Assembly (NCBI RefSeq): GCF_006345805.1 | Contig: NW_021833499.1 | Location: 1 to 28,670, forward strand | From: Octopus sinensis | Lineage: Eukaryota | Reading direction: 5' to 3' | Length of the DNA stretch: 28,670 bases | In this document: one piece after another, positions 8,718 to 19,120 of the stretch | Position numbering within the stretch: the first letter of the stretch is position 1 | Layout: each line of letters opens with the position of its first letter | Position numbers and translations under genes: made by a program | Notes under the pieces: model-generated | What the model was told of the DNA's origin: nothing | Database searches by the model: none | Seen by the model: the letters and a program-made list of their open reading frames with translations, nothing else

Positions 8718-8933
8718 TTTTGCACAAGGCCCTTCGTTTCGGTGGTGGTGATGGGGGGGGGGATAAGTCGATTACATCGATCCCAAGTACTCAACTGGTA
8801 CTTATTTTATTGGCCCGGAAAAGGAGGAAAGGCAAGATCGACTTCGGCGGAATTTGAACTCAGAACGTAACGGCAGACGAAATACCGCTAAGCATTTCGC
8901 CCGGCATGCTAACGATTCTGCCAGCTGACCGCC
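8718..8933 (-). mobile_element. SINE A2, near full length
   Basis: A2 tail (gcacaaggccc...ggggggataagtcgattac), A body and head ending ctgccagctgaccgcc. Confidence 0.85.
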
Positions 8934-9718
8934 TTAAGGGTTAAATTGTGGGTCAACCCCCTTTAATTTGACCAAATTATGTTTATAGCATTTTCCCAGA
9001 TCGGGGCTGTGACGAATAAAAGGCCGTATGACCTCAATGCGATTTGAACTCATGTATGCACATTTGAAACATAGCAGGAATCTCTGAGGCATGCATGAAT
9101 TCTTCGACTCTAAACAGATTGCAATTTATACCTATTTCTTTACTACCCACAAGGGGCTAAACACAGAGGGGGCAAACAAGGACAGACAAATGCGTAACTG
9201 GTACTTAACTTATCGACCTCGAAAGAATGAAACGCAAAGTCGACCTCGGCGGAATTTGAACTCAGAACGTAGCGGCAGACGAAATACCTATTTCTTTACG
9301 ACCCACAGGGGGCTAAACACAGAGAGGACAAACAAGGACAGACAAATGGATTAAGTCGATTACATCGACCCCAGTGCGTAACTGGTCCTTAATTTAGCGA
9401 CCCCGAAAGGATGAAATGCAAAGTCGACCTCGGCGGAATTTGAACTCAGAACGTAACGGCAGACGAAATGCCGCTACGCATTTCGCCCGGCGTGCTAGCG
9501 ATTCTGCCAGCTGACCGCCTTAAGGGTTAAATTGTGGATCAAACACCTTTAGTTTGACCAACTTATGTTTATAGCATTTTCCCAGATCGGGGCTGTGACG
9601 AGTAAAAGGCCCTATGATCTCAATGGGAATTGAACTCATGCATGCACATTTGAAACATAGCAGGAATCTCTGAGGTATGCATGAATTCTTCGACTCTAAA
9701 CAGATTGCAATTTATACC
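8934..9718. repeat. About 200-bp direct duplication (8934-9132 and 9520-9718) flanking an A1 dimer
   Basis: Offset 586 bp; I count 12 substitutions in about 199 bp. Confidence 0.95.
9132..9519 (-). mobile_element. SINE A1 dimer (distal unit has a ~27-bp internal deletion)
   Basis: Junction gaaatac|ctatttc at 9287/9288; head ends ctgccagctgaccgcc. Confidence 0.9.
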
Positions 9719-10343
9719 GTTGTGGATTTGGTGTGCAGCGCTACACTATAGTGCCATTATGTCATCATTGGTAACTGCATAAAAGAAGTGTATTTCCAAA
9801 CTAGACTTAGAAATTAAGAAATTGCCGACCAGTGATTTATTGTAAGTGAAGGGTATTGAGAAAGAGACACCTATTATGTGGGAACTTCCCAATTCAATTA
9901 CATGCCAATTTTTATAGATCTCTCAAAGGTAGAGAGTTTATGAAAGGAAAAAAATCGATCGTTATTACTAATTGCTTTCTTGTCACATAAATATGATTTT
10001 CCTTTTCCTTTGGGACTTGTCGCAAGACATATTCATTATAAATTCTCACTGATCAGACAATCAAATTTTTAGTTTTTCACAAATTTCTATTTACGAAACA
10101 ATGCGAAGTTATATTATCTTCATATTTCTCATTATGAAACACGGCTTTAAAATGAAAAAAAAAAAAAAAAAAAAGGAGCGGTGGAGGCTTGGGTTAGAGA
10201 CTAATTCCGACATATTTTAGTTATTGTTGCTGTTGTTGATGTCGTTGCCGCTGTGTAACCCCAAGTCAACCTTTATCCAGTAAACCCATGGCACCTAGAT
10301 AGCTGGACAAACGAATAAATGACATCTTTTGCTTCTAAGCTCG

Positions 10344-10395
10344 TAATAATAATAACAATAATAATAATAATAATAATAGTAGTAGTAGTAGTAGT

Positions 10396-10441
<46 letters not shown>

Positions 10442-10466
10442 CAGTAGTAGTAGTAGTAATAATAAT
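10344..10466. repeat. Compound trinucleotide microsatellite (AAT)n-(AGT)n-(AAT)n
   Basis: Directly visible. Confidence 0.95.
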
Positions 10467-11190
10467 CTACATATGTTGATTACAAGATTATCTAAAGTAT
10501 TTTCTTTATTTTATTTTATATGCTGTAAAGCTTTAAACATCACATACATCCCAGTAAAATGTTTTCAATATCTAATGTCTAATTATATGTTAAAGAAAAA
10601 AGTCATGAACGCCTCACAAATGTTTATCGACCAATTGGCATGGGCGAACATATAACAATTAAGGCGTTAAACCTTAAAGAAATGTCATGCAATATTCCGA
10701 CCAAATTGTTATCCAAATATCCTTGAAGTTTTGCCTGAGATTATCAAAAGCTGAAGTTTTAAAACCTCGAAGAAGATCCCATTAGACTACATGGAACCCC
10801 GTTACTTTGCTCCACAAAGTGAACGTACACTTCTACTTGTTCTTGTATAACATATATTGTATACTTGTTTGACGAAAGATACTATAAATTCAATAATACA
10901 ACTTAAACAAAATAATCCACAAACATGACACACACTCTTTATAGCAAATATCCAATGAAATAAACTACCACCAGCAAGCCACATACCCAACGCATTACAC
11001 GCACAGCACACAATACAATCATTAGTACAACAAAAGACTGCACCACACTTCAAACAGAAAAGACATTGACGCAATACAATATCAGGAAGTGTTTGCCCCC
11101 CCCCCCAAAAAAAAGACACATTGCTGCACACACCCCAGGAACACGGAGGTGTAGCAGGTGATGCAGTAGAAATTTGCCAAAGCAATATCT

Positions 11191-11229
11191 GTGTATCACG
11201 ATTTCCGGGTTATTTCCCTTCATCAGCAC
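11191..11229 (-). ncRNA. Minimal hammerhead-like motif H4
   Basis: GUG-CUGAUGA-A-GGG-AAAUAA-CCC-G-GAAA-UCGUGA-UA-CAC. Core intact, stem I only 3 bp, A.G at the base of stem II. Confidence 0.6.
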
Positions 11230-11247
11230 CTTTAACCGAACAATTAT

Positions 11248-11292
11248 TCTGTGCTGACGAAGGGAAATAACCCGGGAGTCGCGATACACAGA
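11248..11292 (+). ncRNA. Minimal hammerhead-like motif H5 (core mutated)
   Basis: UCUGUG-CUGACGA-A-GGG-AAAUAA-CCC-G-GGAG-UCGCGA-UA-CACAGA. Stem I 6 bp, palindromic stem III, GAAA changed to GGAG. Confidence 0.5.
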
Positions 11293-12069
11293 TATTGCTT
11301 AGAGCTGAGTAGGGGTGCTAGATTCCCTTGTTCGAAAATATAAGGACACAGATCGTGTCGGATAGCCAGCTGGATACGATGTCTCCTGGGGCTAAATTTC
11401 CAGCAACATTTGTCCTAAACCAGGACTGCCATGTTATTTTGGCAAACAATCTTTACTCCAAAGTACTGTTACTGAATATCTCTTGTTGTGAGATTTAAAA
11501 ATAGTAATTTTCTAATTTTACTCTTGTTTGTCTTTAGACACCTCTTTGCTTTCAGTTAATGAATTTTACCATAACACCATAAATAGATATATAATATTTT
11601 TAATGGCACATCATTATATCGGAGAAGTGCGTATTATTTCACTTTTTAAATTTAGTTTTATTTTATATAATCCAGCTTGTTACTAGAGAATCAGATTGCA
11701 CTAGGTTAATGGCTATGCAGTCAGTGATTTGCGTCCTGAAAATACACACAACACACACACACGAATGTATATACGCATACACATACACACGCATCGCATT
11801 GTAAGTAGCAGCCAAGGAATTTAATATAAGTAAAATCATAGAGTCGAATAATAAAGTAGAGTGAACAATGTAAGAGAGTTAAGACTGCATAAATAGTGAG
11901 CCAGACAGCAATGTTGTCGCTGGAATATAATGATTTAGCGCAGTAAACAATGTAATACAAGGAACAATGGTGGGGAAAATGAAATAATGTCAACAACACA
12001 ATACAGAGAATGAATGATGGAACACAATTGACCAGCAGCTAGTTAACTGGCAGAGTCAGTACAGGATTG

Positions 12070-12170
12070 GATAAAATAACCTCTTAGTACTCGTTTCGAT
12101 CCCTTCCGCTTTCAGTTCAAATCTCACTGTGAATAACTTTGCCTTTCATCCTTTCGGAATCAATGCAACG
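12070..12170 (+). mobile_element. Highly decayed SINE A remnant
   Basis: ttcagttcaaatctc...aactttgcctttcatcctttcggaatcaat. Confidence 0.6.
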
Positions 12171-12759
12171 CTTTCCAATCCAGAATTATGGATTGGCGAA
12201 ACTGTAAGAAAGTCGAATCGATGTCTAACTGTATTTCTTCTGTGATCTTGTGTTCTGAGATCAAACCTTGTCATGACCTACAAGAGAAGGCTTAATCCGG
12301 TACCCAGTTTAATATCACTAGGTGGCGCCTTGGTCACTTTTAGCGGAGTCTACTCTGTTGTGTTGCAAGTATTAGGGCCTAGCATGTAAGAGGTTTTAGT
12401 GTAAGAGGTTTGAAACCTCGTATTAATTTTTAGAAAAAGAAAATATGTTTTCGAGAAAAATCCAATCGGCGGGTGTTGGGTTTCGTCTCTCATTTACTCA
12501 TTTTATTTCATTTTCATTCATTAATGTGTTTGTCCAACCCGCAAAGCTACCCAATCTTTGTACTACCTTTATGATAAAATAAAGTATTAGGGCTTAGCGC
12601 CTAGTTTGAGGGTACTTTCCAGTCCTCTTCTTCCAGTCAGTCTCAGAGGCCTTGTAAAGGGTTGTGAGTGCTGTCTTCCTACCTGACTAAAAGTTGAACC
12701 CCAAACAAATAAAAGATTTTTTAAAAATACAAATTTCAAAACAGCGAACTATTTCCTTA

Positions 12760-13071
12760 GCACTCCATCTGTTACAACGACGAGAGTTTCAGTTGATCCG
12801 ACCAACGGAACGGCCTGCTCGAGAAATCAACGTGCAAGTGGCTGAGCACTCCACAGACACGTGTACCCTTAATGTAGTCTCTGGGAGATTCAGCTTGACA
12901 CAGAATGTGACAAGGCTGACAATTTTGAATTACTGGTACAACTTATTTTTGCAAGCCGAGTGGGCTGGAGCAATGTTAAGTAAAGTGTCTTTCTCAAGGA
13001 CACAACGTGCCACCGGTAATCGAACGCACGACTTTATGATCGTGAGCCGAATGCCCTAACCACTAAGCCAC
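12760..13071 (-). mobile_element. SINE D: different tRNA head plus CORE-like domain, with the 3' half shared with SINE C
   Basis: Sense: gtggcttagtggttagggcattcggctcacg...ggcacgttgtgtccttgagaaagacactttac...ttaagggtacacgtgtctgtggagtgctcagccacttgcacg...ggagtgc. Confidence 0.85.
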
Positions 13072-13081
13072 ACTAGACATA

Positions 13082-13443
13082 TCTCTCTCTAATAAAACGG
13101 CAGTTGTCTGTGCGGGTTTCTGTGTGTCGTTGCCTTGTACCTCACCCTGCCACGGCTTTCAACCGATTCTGATGAAACTTGACACCACCCCATAGCCCAA
13201 TGTCATAATTCAAAACTAACGAGCGAAAATTTTGAAAAGTCCCCCAGTTCTGAAAAATTGATAAATTCGACATGGGGTTCGAGAATCACAAACACCAAAC
13301 CGCAAACTGTCTAGGGGGACGCACTCCACCTTTTTTAACTAAAAAAAAATACCAATTTTTTTGCTATTTTTGGCTATAACTCTCTAAAATGCTTTATAGT
13401 TATTTCCCTTACAAACCTGAGCAACGCCGGGCGATACTGCTAG
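13082..13443 (+). mobile_element. Non-autonomous Helitron-like element
   Basis: A|TC 5' end (tctctctctaataaaacgg); 3' gagcaacgccgggcgatactgCTAG|T with a small subterminal hairpin; no TSD; internal ccgattctgatgaaactt motif typical of Helitron-like MITEs. Confidence 0.7.
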
Positions 13444-13522
13444 TTCCTAATAAAAGAACGAAATACAGTGAACAAGCAAAGGGACGGATCAGTCGAGTGA
13501 CGATTCATGTTGTTTAATATAA

Positions 13523-13944
13523 GGCGGCGAGCTGGCAGAATCGTTTGCACGCCGGGCGAAATGCGTAGCCGTATTTCGTCTGTCGTTACGTTGTGGGTTC
13601 AAATTCCGCCGAGGTCGACTTTGCCTTTCATCCTTTCGGGGTCGATAAATTAAGTACCAGTTACGCACTGGGGTCGATGTAATCGACTTAATACCTATGT
13701 CTGTACTTGTTTGTCCCCTCTGTGTTTAGCCCCTTGTGGGTAATAAAGAAATAGAAATAGGTATTTCGTCTGCCGTTACGTTCTGAGTTCAAGTTCCGCC
13801 GAGGTCGACTTTGCCTTTCATCCTTTCGGGGTCGATTAAATAAGTACCAGTTACGCACTGGCGTCGATATAATCGACTTAATCCGTTTGTCTTTCCTTGT
13901 TTGTCCCCTCTTTGTTTAGCCCTTTGTGGGTAGTAAAGAAATAG
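13523..13944 (+). mobile_element. SINE A1 dimer with a perfect 17-bp TSD
   Basis: Head ggcggcgagctggcagaatcg (A-box-like) and gggttcaaattcc (B-box-like); junction gaaatag|gtatttcg at 13760/13761; TSD gattcatgttgtttaat at 13502-13518 and 13944-13960. The central gtcgactttgcctttcatcctttcggggtcgataaattaagtacc resembles the Meta/MESC SINE domain (from memory). Confidence 0.95.
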
Positions 13945-14261
13945 ATTCATGTTGTTTAATGACAGTGCATTGTTGCTGGCAGTTGTTTGGGTTTTTCATT
14001 GTAACTCAATCTTTGGATTCCTATTAATATGAAAATTACTATGAAGTGAAAAATACAAACTATATTATCTAGCTATGACCATCCTGTAGATTTTAGGTAA
14101 ATATCCAGTGTGTCCTTCATCTTAAGAGCTGTACGATACAATTTGAAAAAAATGTTCACATTGTCTACGAGCCTTACGATTAATAAGTCCGGTTTCTCAG
14201 CTTCCATAAGTGACCGAGATCACAACACCCGCCCCTGAACGCAACACCAGTCCATTGCGGT

Positions 14262-14700
14262 GTCCGAAGCTAGCAATTTTGAGGGGAGGGTGACAAATTG
14301 ATTACATCGACCCCAGTACATGACTGGTACATTTTTTTAAGTAGCGGTGAGCTGGCAGAAACGTGAGCCGGGCGAAATGCTAAGCGGTATTTCACCTGCC
14401 GTGACGTTCTGAGTTCAAATGCCGCCGAGGTCGACTTTGCCTTTCATCCTTTCGGGGTCGATTAAATAAGTACCAGTTACGCACTGGGGTCGATATAATC
14501 GACTTAATCAGTTTGTCTGTCCTTGTTTTTCCTCTCTGTGTTTAGCCCCTTGTGAGTAGTAAAGAAATAGGTACTTCTTTTTTATCGGTTCCAAAGGTTT
14601 CAAAGGCAAAGGTGATCTCGGATTGATTTGAACTCAGAACGCAGAATCGGAAGAACTGTTAAGCATTTTGTCTGACGTGCCAATGATTCTACCAGCTCGC
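14262..14700 (-). mobile_element. Older SINE A2 interrupted by an opposite-strand A1
   Basis: gattacatcgaccccagtacatgactggtac[A1]...aaaggcaaagg...atttgaactcagaacg...ctaccagctcgc. Confidence 0.75.
14343..14570 (+). mobile_element. SINE A1 monomer
   Basis: Full head to aaagaaatag; imperfect TSD ggtacatttttttaa / ggtacttcttttttat. Confidence 0.95.
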
Positions 14701-14890
14701 GCTCTTATTTGAAAAATTCTTGGCTGTTCTTTCTTGCACGTCGAGTGATTGTGTAGAGACCCTCTCGTCTTAATTTGAAATACTATTTATCATTGTTTTA
14801 TTTGAAATACTATTTATCATTTTTAATGTATGAGACCCCTATAACAGTCATAATATGTTTAAACCTATGGTAATACACACACACACACAT

Positions 14891-15272
14891 ATGGAAGCAC
14901 TCCGTCGGTTACGACGACGAGGGTTCCGGTTGATCCGATCAACGGAACAGCCTGCTTGTGAATTTAACGTGTAAGTGGCTGAGCACTCCACAGACACGTA
15001 TACCCTTAACGCAGTTCTCGGGGTTATTCAGCGTGACACAGAGGGTGACAAGGCCGGCCCTTTGAAATACAGGTACAACAGAAACAGGAAGTAAGAGTGA
15101 GAGAAAGTTGTGGTGAAAGAGTACAGCAGGGATCACCACCATCCCTGCCGGAGCCTCGTGGAGCTTTAGGTGTTTTCGCTCAATAAACACTCACAACGCC
15201 CGGTCTGGGAATCGAAACCGCGATCCTACGACCGCGAGTCCGCTGCCCTAACCACTGGGCCATTGCGCCTCC
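14891..15272 (-). mobile_element. SINE C, full length, low divergence
   Basis: Reverse complement of 17201-17588 with few differences. Confidence 0.95.
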
Positions 15273-15829
15273 ATTTGTCATGATCTACAAACGCCTGTAC
15301 ACGCATAATAGTCATTGACTGTTTTGTACGTGTCATAGATTTTTACTTAAGCAAAATTCCTGACAACAGCAACAACAAAACACTTTGCAGCAACAGCGCC
15401 TTCGCTCGCGTTAACTAAAATGGAAAGATTTAATGTTATTTAACTGGTGCACAGTAAACCTTTCTGGCAAAAGCACAACGAAGCTGGTTTCCACGCCATT
15501 TTATCGATTAATTCAAAATACATCTCTGAGACGAACAAACGTTCTGATAATCTGAAATTCAACAAAGTTTAAAGTGTCAGTTAATTAATTCTTAAATTCC
15601 TCTGTGACACCCATTTATTTTGCTTCAATTTCTTAAAACCTTGTCTTCTTCCAAAAGAACTTGTAGTAGGGTGTCAACAAGAAAACAAAAGAAAATTTAA
15701 TCGGTTTTTCGCTTCTCCGCCCAGTTCTGCTTTCTCAATAAATGTTCTCTTTAGTATAATTATTGGTAAAGGTGGAGCCGTGGGAGATGGACTGCAGAAT
15801 CGGTTAAACGTTCAAGAGAGGAAAAGCAA

Positions 15830-16172
15830 AAGGATATGCCTTCCGGTAGTCTGTTGCGTCTTTTTTACGTTCAATGTTCAAATCCCTCTGGGGTCAACAT
15901 TACCTTTTATCCTTCCGGGATCGATAATAGAAAATACCAGCCATGTTGGAGAATCGATTATACTCTCCCTTTCCAAATGTGTTGCTTTGTGACTATGTTA
16001 ACCATTCCTATCATCAAGGCACTGAATTGGATGAATATTTAGTGTGTCAAACAAACTATTTAGCTGCGTTTCTTCCGGTTCTTTACGTTCTGCGTTCAAA
16101 TTCCGCTGAGGTCAATTTTATCTTTTTCTTTTTTCTTTTCGGGTTGAATAAAATAATTACCGGTTGATGTAA
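15830..16172 (+). mobile_element. Two decayed SINE A remnants (about 15830-15980 and 16050-16172)
   Basis: ttacgttc..gttcaaat(cc/tc)c..gRggtcaa...ccttccgggatcgataa-like cores. Confidence 0.6.
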
Positions 16173-16176
16173 TATG

Positions 16177-16590
16177 TTTCTTTACTACCCACAAGGGGCT
16201 AAACCTAGAGGGAACAAACAAGGATAGACAAACGGATTAAGTCGATTAAATCGACTCCAGTGCCAAACTGGTACTTATTTAATCGACCCCGAAAGGATGA
16301 AAGGCAAAGTCGACCTCGGCGGAATTTGAACACAGAACGTAATGACAGACGAAATACCTATTTCTTTACTACCCACAAGGGGCTAAACACAGAGGTGACA
16401 ACCAAGGACAGTCAAAGGGATTAAGTCGATTACATCGACCCCAGTGCGTAAATGGTACTTTATTTATCGACCCCGAAAGGATGAAAGGCAAAGTCGACCT
16501 CGGCGGAATTTCAACTCAGAAGGTAGCAACGGACGAAATACCACAAAGCATTTCGCCCGGCGTGCTAGCGATTCTGCCAGTTCGCCGCCT
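16177..16590 (-). mobile_element. SINE A1 dimer
   Basis: Junction gaaatac|ctatttc at 16357/16358; TSD ttaccg(g/a)ttgatgtaa at 16157-16172 and 16593-16608. Confidence 0.95.
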
Positions 16591-16680
16591 TGTTACCGAT
16601 TGATGTAACAGACTAGCCCTACACAAAAAAAACATTTCAGAAGTTGTTTCTTTTGTAGAAATAATTATTATAATTATCTA

Positions 16681-17068
16681 GGCGGGGAGCTGGCAGAACC
16701 GTTAGCATGTCGATTAAAATACTAAGTGGTTGGCTTTGCCTTTTATCCTTTCGGGGTCGATAAATTAAGTACCAGTTACGCACTGGGGTCGATATAATCG
16801 ACTTAATCCCTTTGTCTGTCTTTATTTGTCCCATCTATGTTTAGCCCCTTGTCGGCAATAAAGAAATAAAAACCGTTAGCATGTCGAATAAAATGCTAAG
16901 TGGCTTCGTCTGTCTTTACATTCTGAGTTCAAATTCCGCCGAGTACGAGTTTACCTTTCATCCTTTCGGGGATCAATAAATTAAGTACCATTTGCGTACG
17001 GGGGTCGATCGAATCGACTGGCCCCCTCCCCCAAAATTTCGGGCCTTGTGCTTTGAGTAGAAAAGAAT
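16681..17068 (+). mobile_element. SINE A2 with a 5'-truncated A1 (16730-16870) inserted into its head
   Basis: aaccgttagcatgtcgaWtaaaatRctaagtgg duplicated at 16697-16729 and 16871-16903; A2 tail ggccccctcccccaaaatttcgggccttgtg...gtagaaaagaat. Confidence 0.9.
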
Positions 17069-17079
17069 AAAATGCATAG

Positions 17080-17188
17080 TAGCTTTTCTTCCGGTTGTTT
17101 ACATCCTGCGATCAAATCGCTCCGGGACCAGCTCTGTTTTTCGTCCTTTTGGGGTCGATCAAAATAAAGTTCCAGTCAAGTGCAACTT
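17080..17188 (+). mobile_element. Decayed SINE A remnant
   Basis: cgtccttttggggtcgatcaaaataaagttccagtcaag. Confidence 0.55.
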
Positions 17189-17200
17189 ATACTAAATTCA

Positions 17201-17588
17201 GGAGGCGCAATGGCCCAGTGGTTAGGGCAGCGGACTCGTGGTTATAGGATCACGGTTCCGAATTTCCAGACGAGATGTTGGGAGTGTTTATTGAGCGAAA
17301 ACACCTAAAAGCTCCACGAGGCTCCGGCAGGGGATGGTGGTGATCCCTGCTGTACTCTTTCACCACAACTTTCTCTCACTCTTACTTCCTGTTTCTGTTG
17401 TACCTGTATTTCAAAGGGCCGACCTTGTCACTCTCTGTGTCACGCTGAATATCCCCGAGAACTACGTTAAGGGTACACGTGTCTGTGGAGTGCTTAGCCA
17501 CTTACACGTTAATTTCACGAGCAGGCTGTTCCGTTGATTCGGATCAACCGGAACCCTCGTCGTCGTAACCGACGGAGTGCTTCCATCC
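17201..17588 (+). mobile_element. SINE C, full length
   Basis: ggaggcgcaatggcccagtggttagggcagcggactcg...gacggagtgcttccat; TSD atactaaattca at 17189-17200 and 17589-17600. Confidence 0.95.
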
Positions 17589-17619
17589 ATACTAAATTCA
17601 AAAATGATTATTAAAGGTT

Positions 17620-17910
17620 TATTCATTCCGGCCCTTTACGTTCTGAGTTCAAATCCTGCTGAAGACAAATTTGCTTTGTATCTTTTCCGGTCTATAAAAT
17701 AAAGCATTTGTCAAGTACCGAGGTCGAGGGCATTGACTAATTCCTTATCCTCAGAATAGCTCACCTTATACTTAGAATTTTTTTTTTTACTATTAGAGCG
17801 TTGCATTCTGAGTCTTAACGTTCCAGTACCAAATCCTGCTGAAGTCAGCTTCCTCTGTCATCATTTCGAGTTCCATAAAACAATGTACCAGTTAAATACT
17901 CGGTTGATAA
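17620..17910 (+). mobile_element. Two decayed SINE A remnants
   Basis: tttacgttctgagttcaaatcctgctgaag...; aaatcctgctgaagtcagcttc...tgtaccagttaaatact. Confidence 0.55.
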
Positions 17911-18224
17911 GGGAAATCGGAAAGGTTTGAAATGATTTCATGCGCATTTACTTGTACCATTTTTCGATAGACAACACGTTGATCTCATAAGTGTCACGTA
18001 GTGGAATTAAACATAATTACCAAACTTTCAATTCACTATTTCGTTTTTTTTTTGGGGGGGGGTTTGCATTTTAATTTGTACATCAGTACTCCCGATAGCA
18101 TACAAGTGCATATGTAAAACGACGTCCTTTATTTTTTAATCATTATCTGCTGATATCAAAATAAGTTGTATATTGCAAACATAAAAATATTTTCTATGGG
18201 GAGGGAACATTTGTGACTCCAAGG

Positions 18225-18267
18225 ATCAAAAGGGGGTCCTTTGGTCAAAATGTGTTGAGAACCTTTG
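18225..18267 (+). mobile_element. hAT (Charlie-like) 3' terminal fragment
   Basis: gggggtcctttggtcaaaatgtgttgagaacctttg resembles GGGGTCC....AAAAAGGTTGAGAACCACTG ends. Confidence 0.4.
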
Positions 18268-18561
18268 CTTCAGCTCATGTAGTCGTGTGTCTCTGGTGCT
18301 TGTATCCGATACTATAGCACATATCATTTTAGCCAAGTTGGAAGAGATATTCATTCTAGCTAAATGCTTCCACCACAGATGACACCATTTTAGGGATCTT
18401 GGAATAATACCCACGGAAATATTAAAAACGATAGTTATATTTAGAACAATCGATACCCATACATTTATTTAGAACAGACCCTGCTTCGAGTGCTACTACA
18501 GGTTATCGTGAGGCCAGTTCACAGTTAAAGCAGATTCCACAAACAGCCTTTACAGTTTTAC

Positions 18562-18624
18562 CTTCTTCTTCTTCTTCTTCTTCTTCTTCTTCTTCTTCTT
18601 CTTCTTTTTCTTCTTCTTCTTCTT
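18562..18624. repeat. (CTT)n microsatellite
   Basis: Directly visible. Confidence 0.95.
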
Positions 18625-18894
18625 TGCTTTCCCTCTCTTTCGGCTGCTGCTGCTTAAACCATCAGACTTCAGAACAAAATATATCTTTTCACCCATAAAC
18701 CCAATTTTTCAGATCTGTTACTACACACCTTGCGAACCTTCACAAATGAAAAAAAAAGAGAGACACCGAAAAAATGAAAATGTCATGCCTATTTGAAGAC
18801 CAAGGAAATATTTACAAAAGACTTCACTTAACTTTTTCTTCAATTTAATTGTGATTCTTCTTAATCAATATCTAGTCACGAAATAGTGAGGATT

Positions 18895-19074
18895 TACAAA
18901 AAAAAGCAAAAGGCGAAGACTAGTGTATAAACAACAAACAAATGTATTAGTTTAACGCTTGGGAAGTGAGAAAGTCTTTTACGTTTCGATCCTACGCTCT
19001 TCGACAGAAAGGAACACAGAAATAAGCAGAGAGAGAAAATAGAAAAGGTTTCAGTGGCTAGCGATCTATCATGG
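18895..19074 (-). mobile_element. Penelope-like / hammerhead-bearing repeat fragment
   Basis: Contains motif H6; boundaries approximate. Confidence 0.45.
18976..19011 (-). ncRNA. Minimal hammerhead-like motif H6
   Basis: CUUU-CUGUCGA-A-GAGC-GUAG-GAUC-GAAA-CG-UA-AAAG. Stem I 4 bp, A6 replaced by U, one mismatch in stem II, ACGU palindromic stem III. Confidence 0.45.
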
Positions 19075-19120
19075 TGGGGCTCCAGCATGGCTGCAATCAA
19101 ATGAATAAAATAAATAAAAA
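19072..19120 (+). mobile_element. SINE B / LINE 3' tail remnant
   Basis: ggtggggctccagcatggctgcaatcaaatgaataaaataaataaaa. Confidence 0.65.

Larger units (their letters stand above)
11180..11300. mobile_element. Fold-back element 3: 50-bp arms, 21-nt loop, each arm a hammerhead-like motif
   Basis: 11180-11229 versus the reverse complement of 11251-11300: 4 mismatches in 50. Confidence 0.75.

Noticed and set aside
10802-11185. 127-aa Cys-rich ORF on the minus strand as a metal-binding protein
   Set aside because: The Cys content follows from TG richness, the ORF runs through G and T homopolymers, and no recognisable domain spacing is present.
13165-13185. ctgatgaaac as a hammerhead core
   Set aside because: No stem II between CUGAUGA and GAAA; it is the ccgattYtgatgaaa motif of the Helitron-like element.
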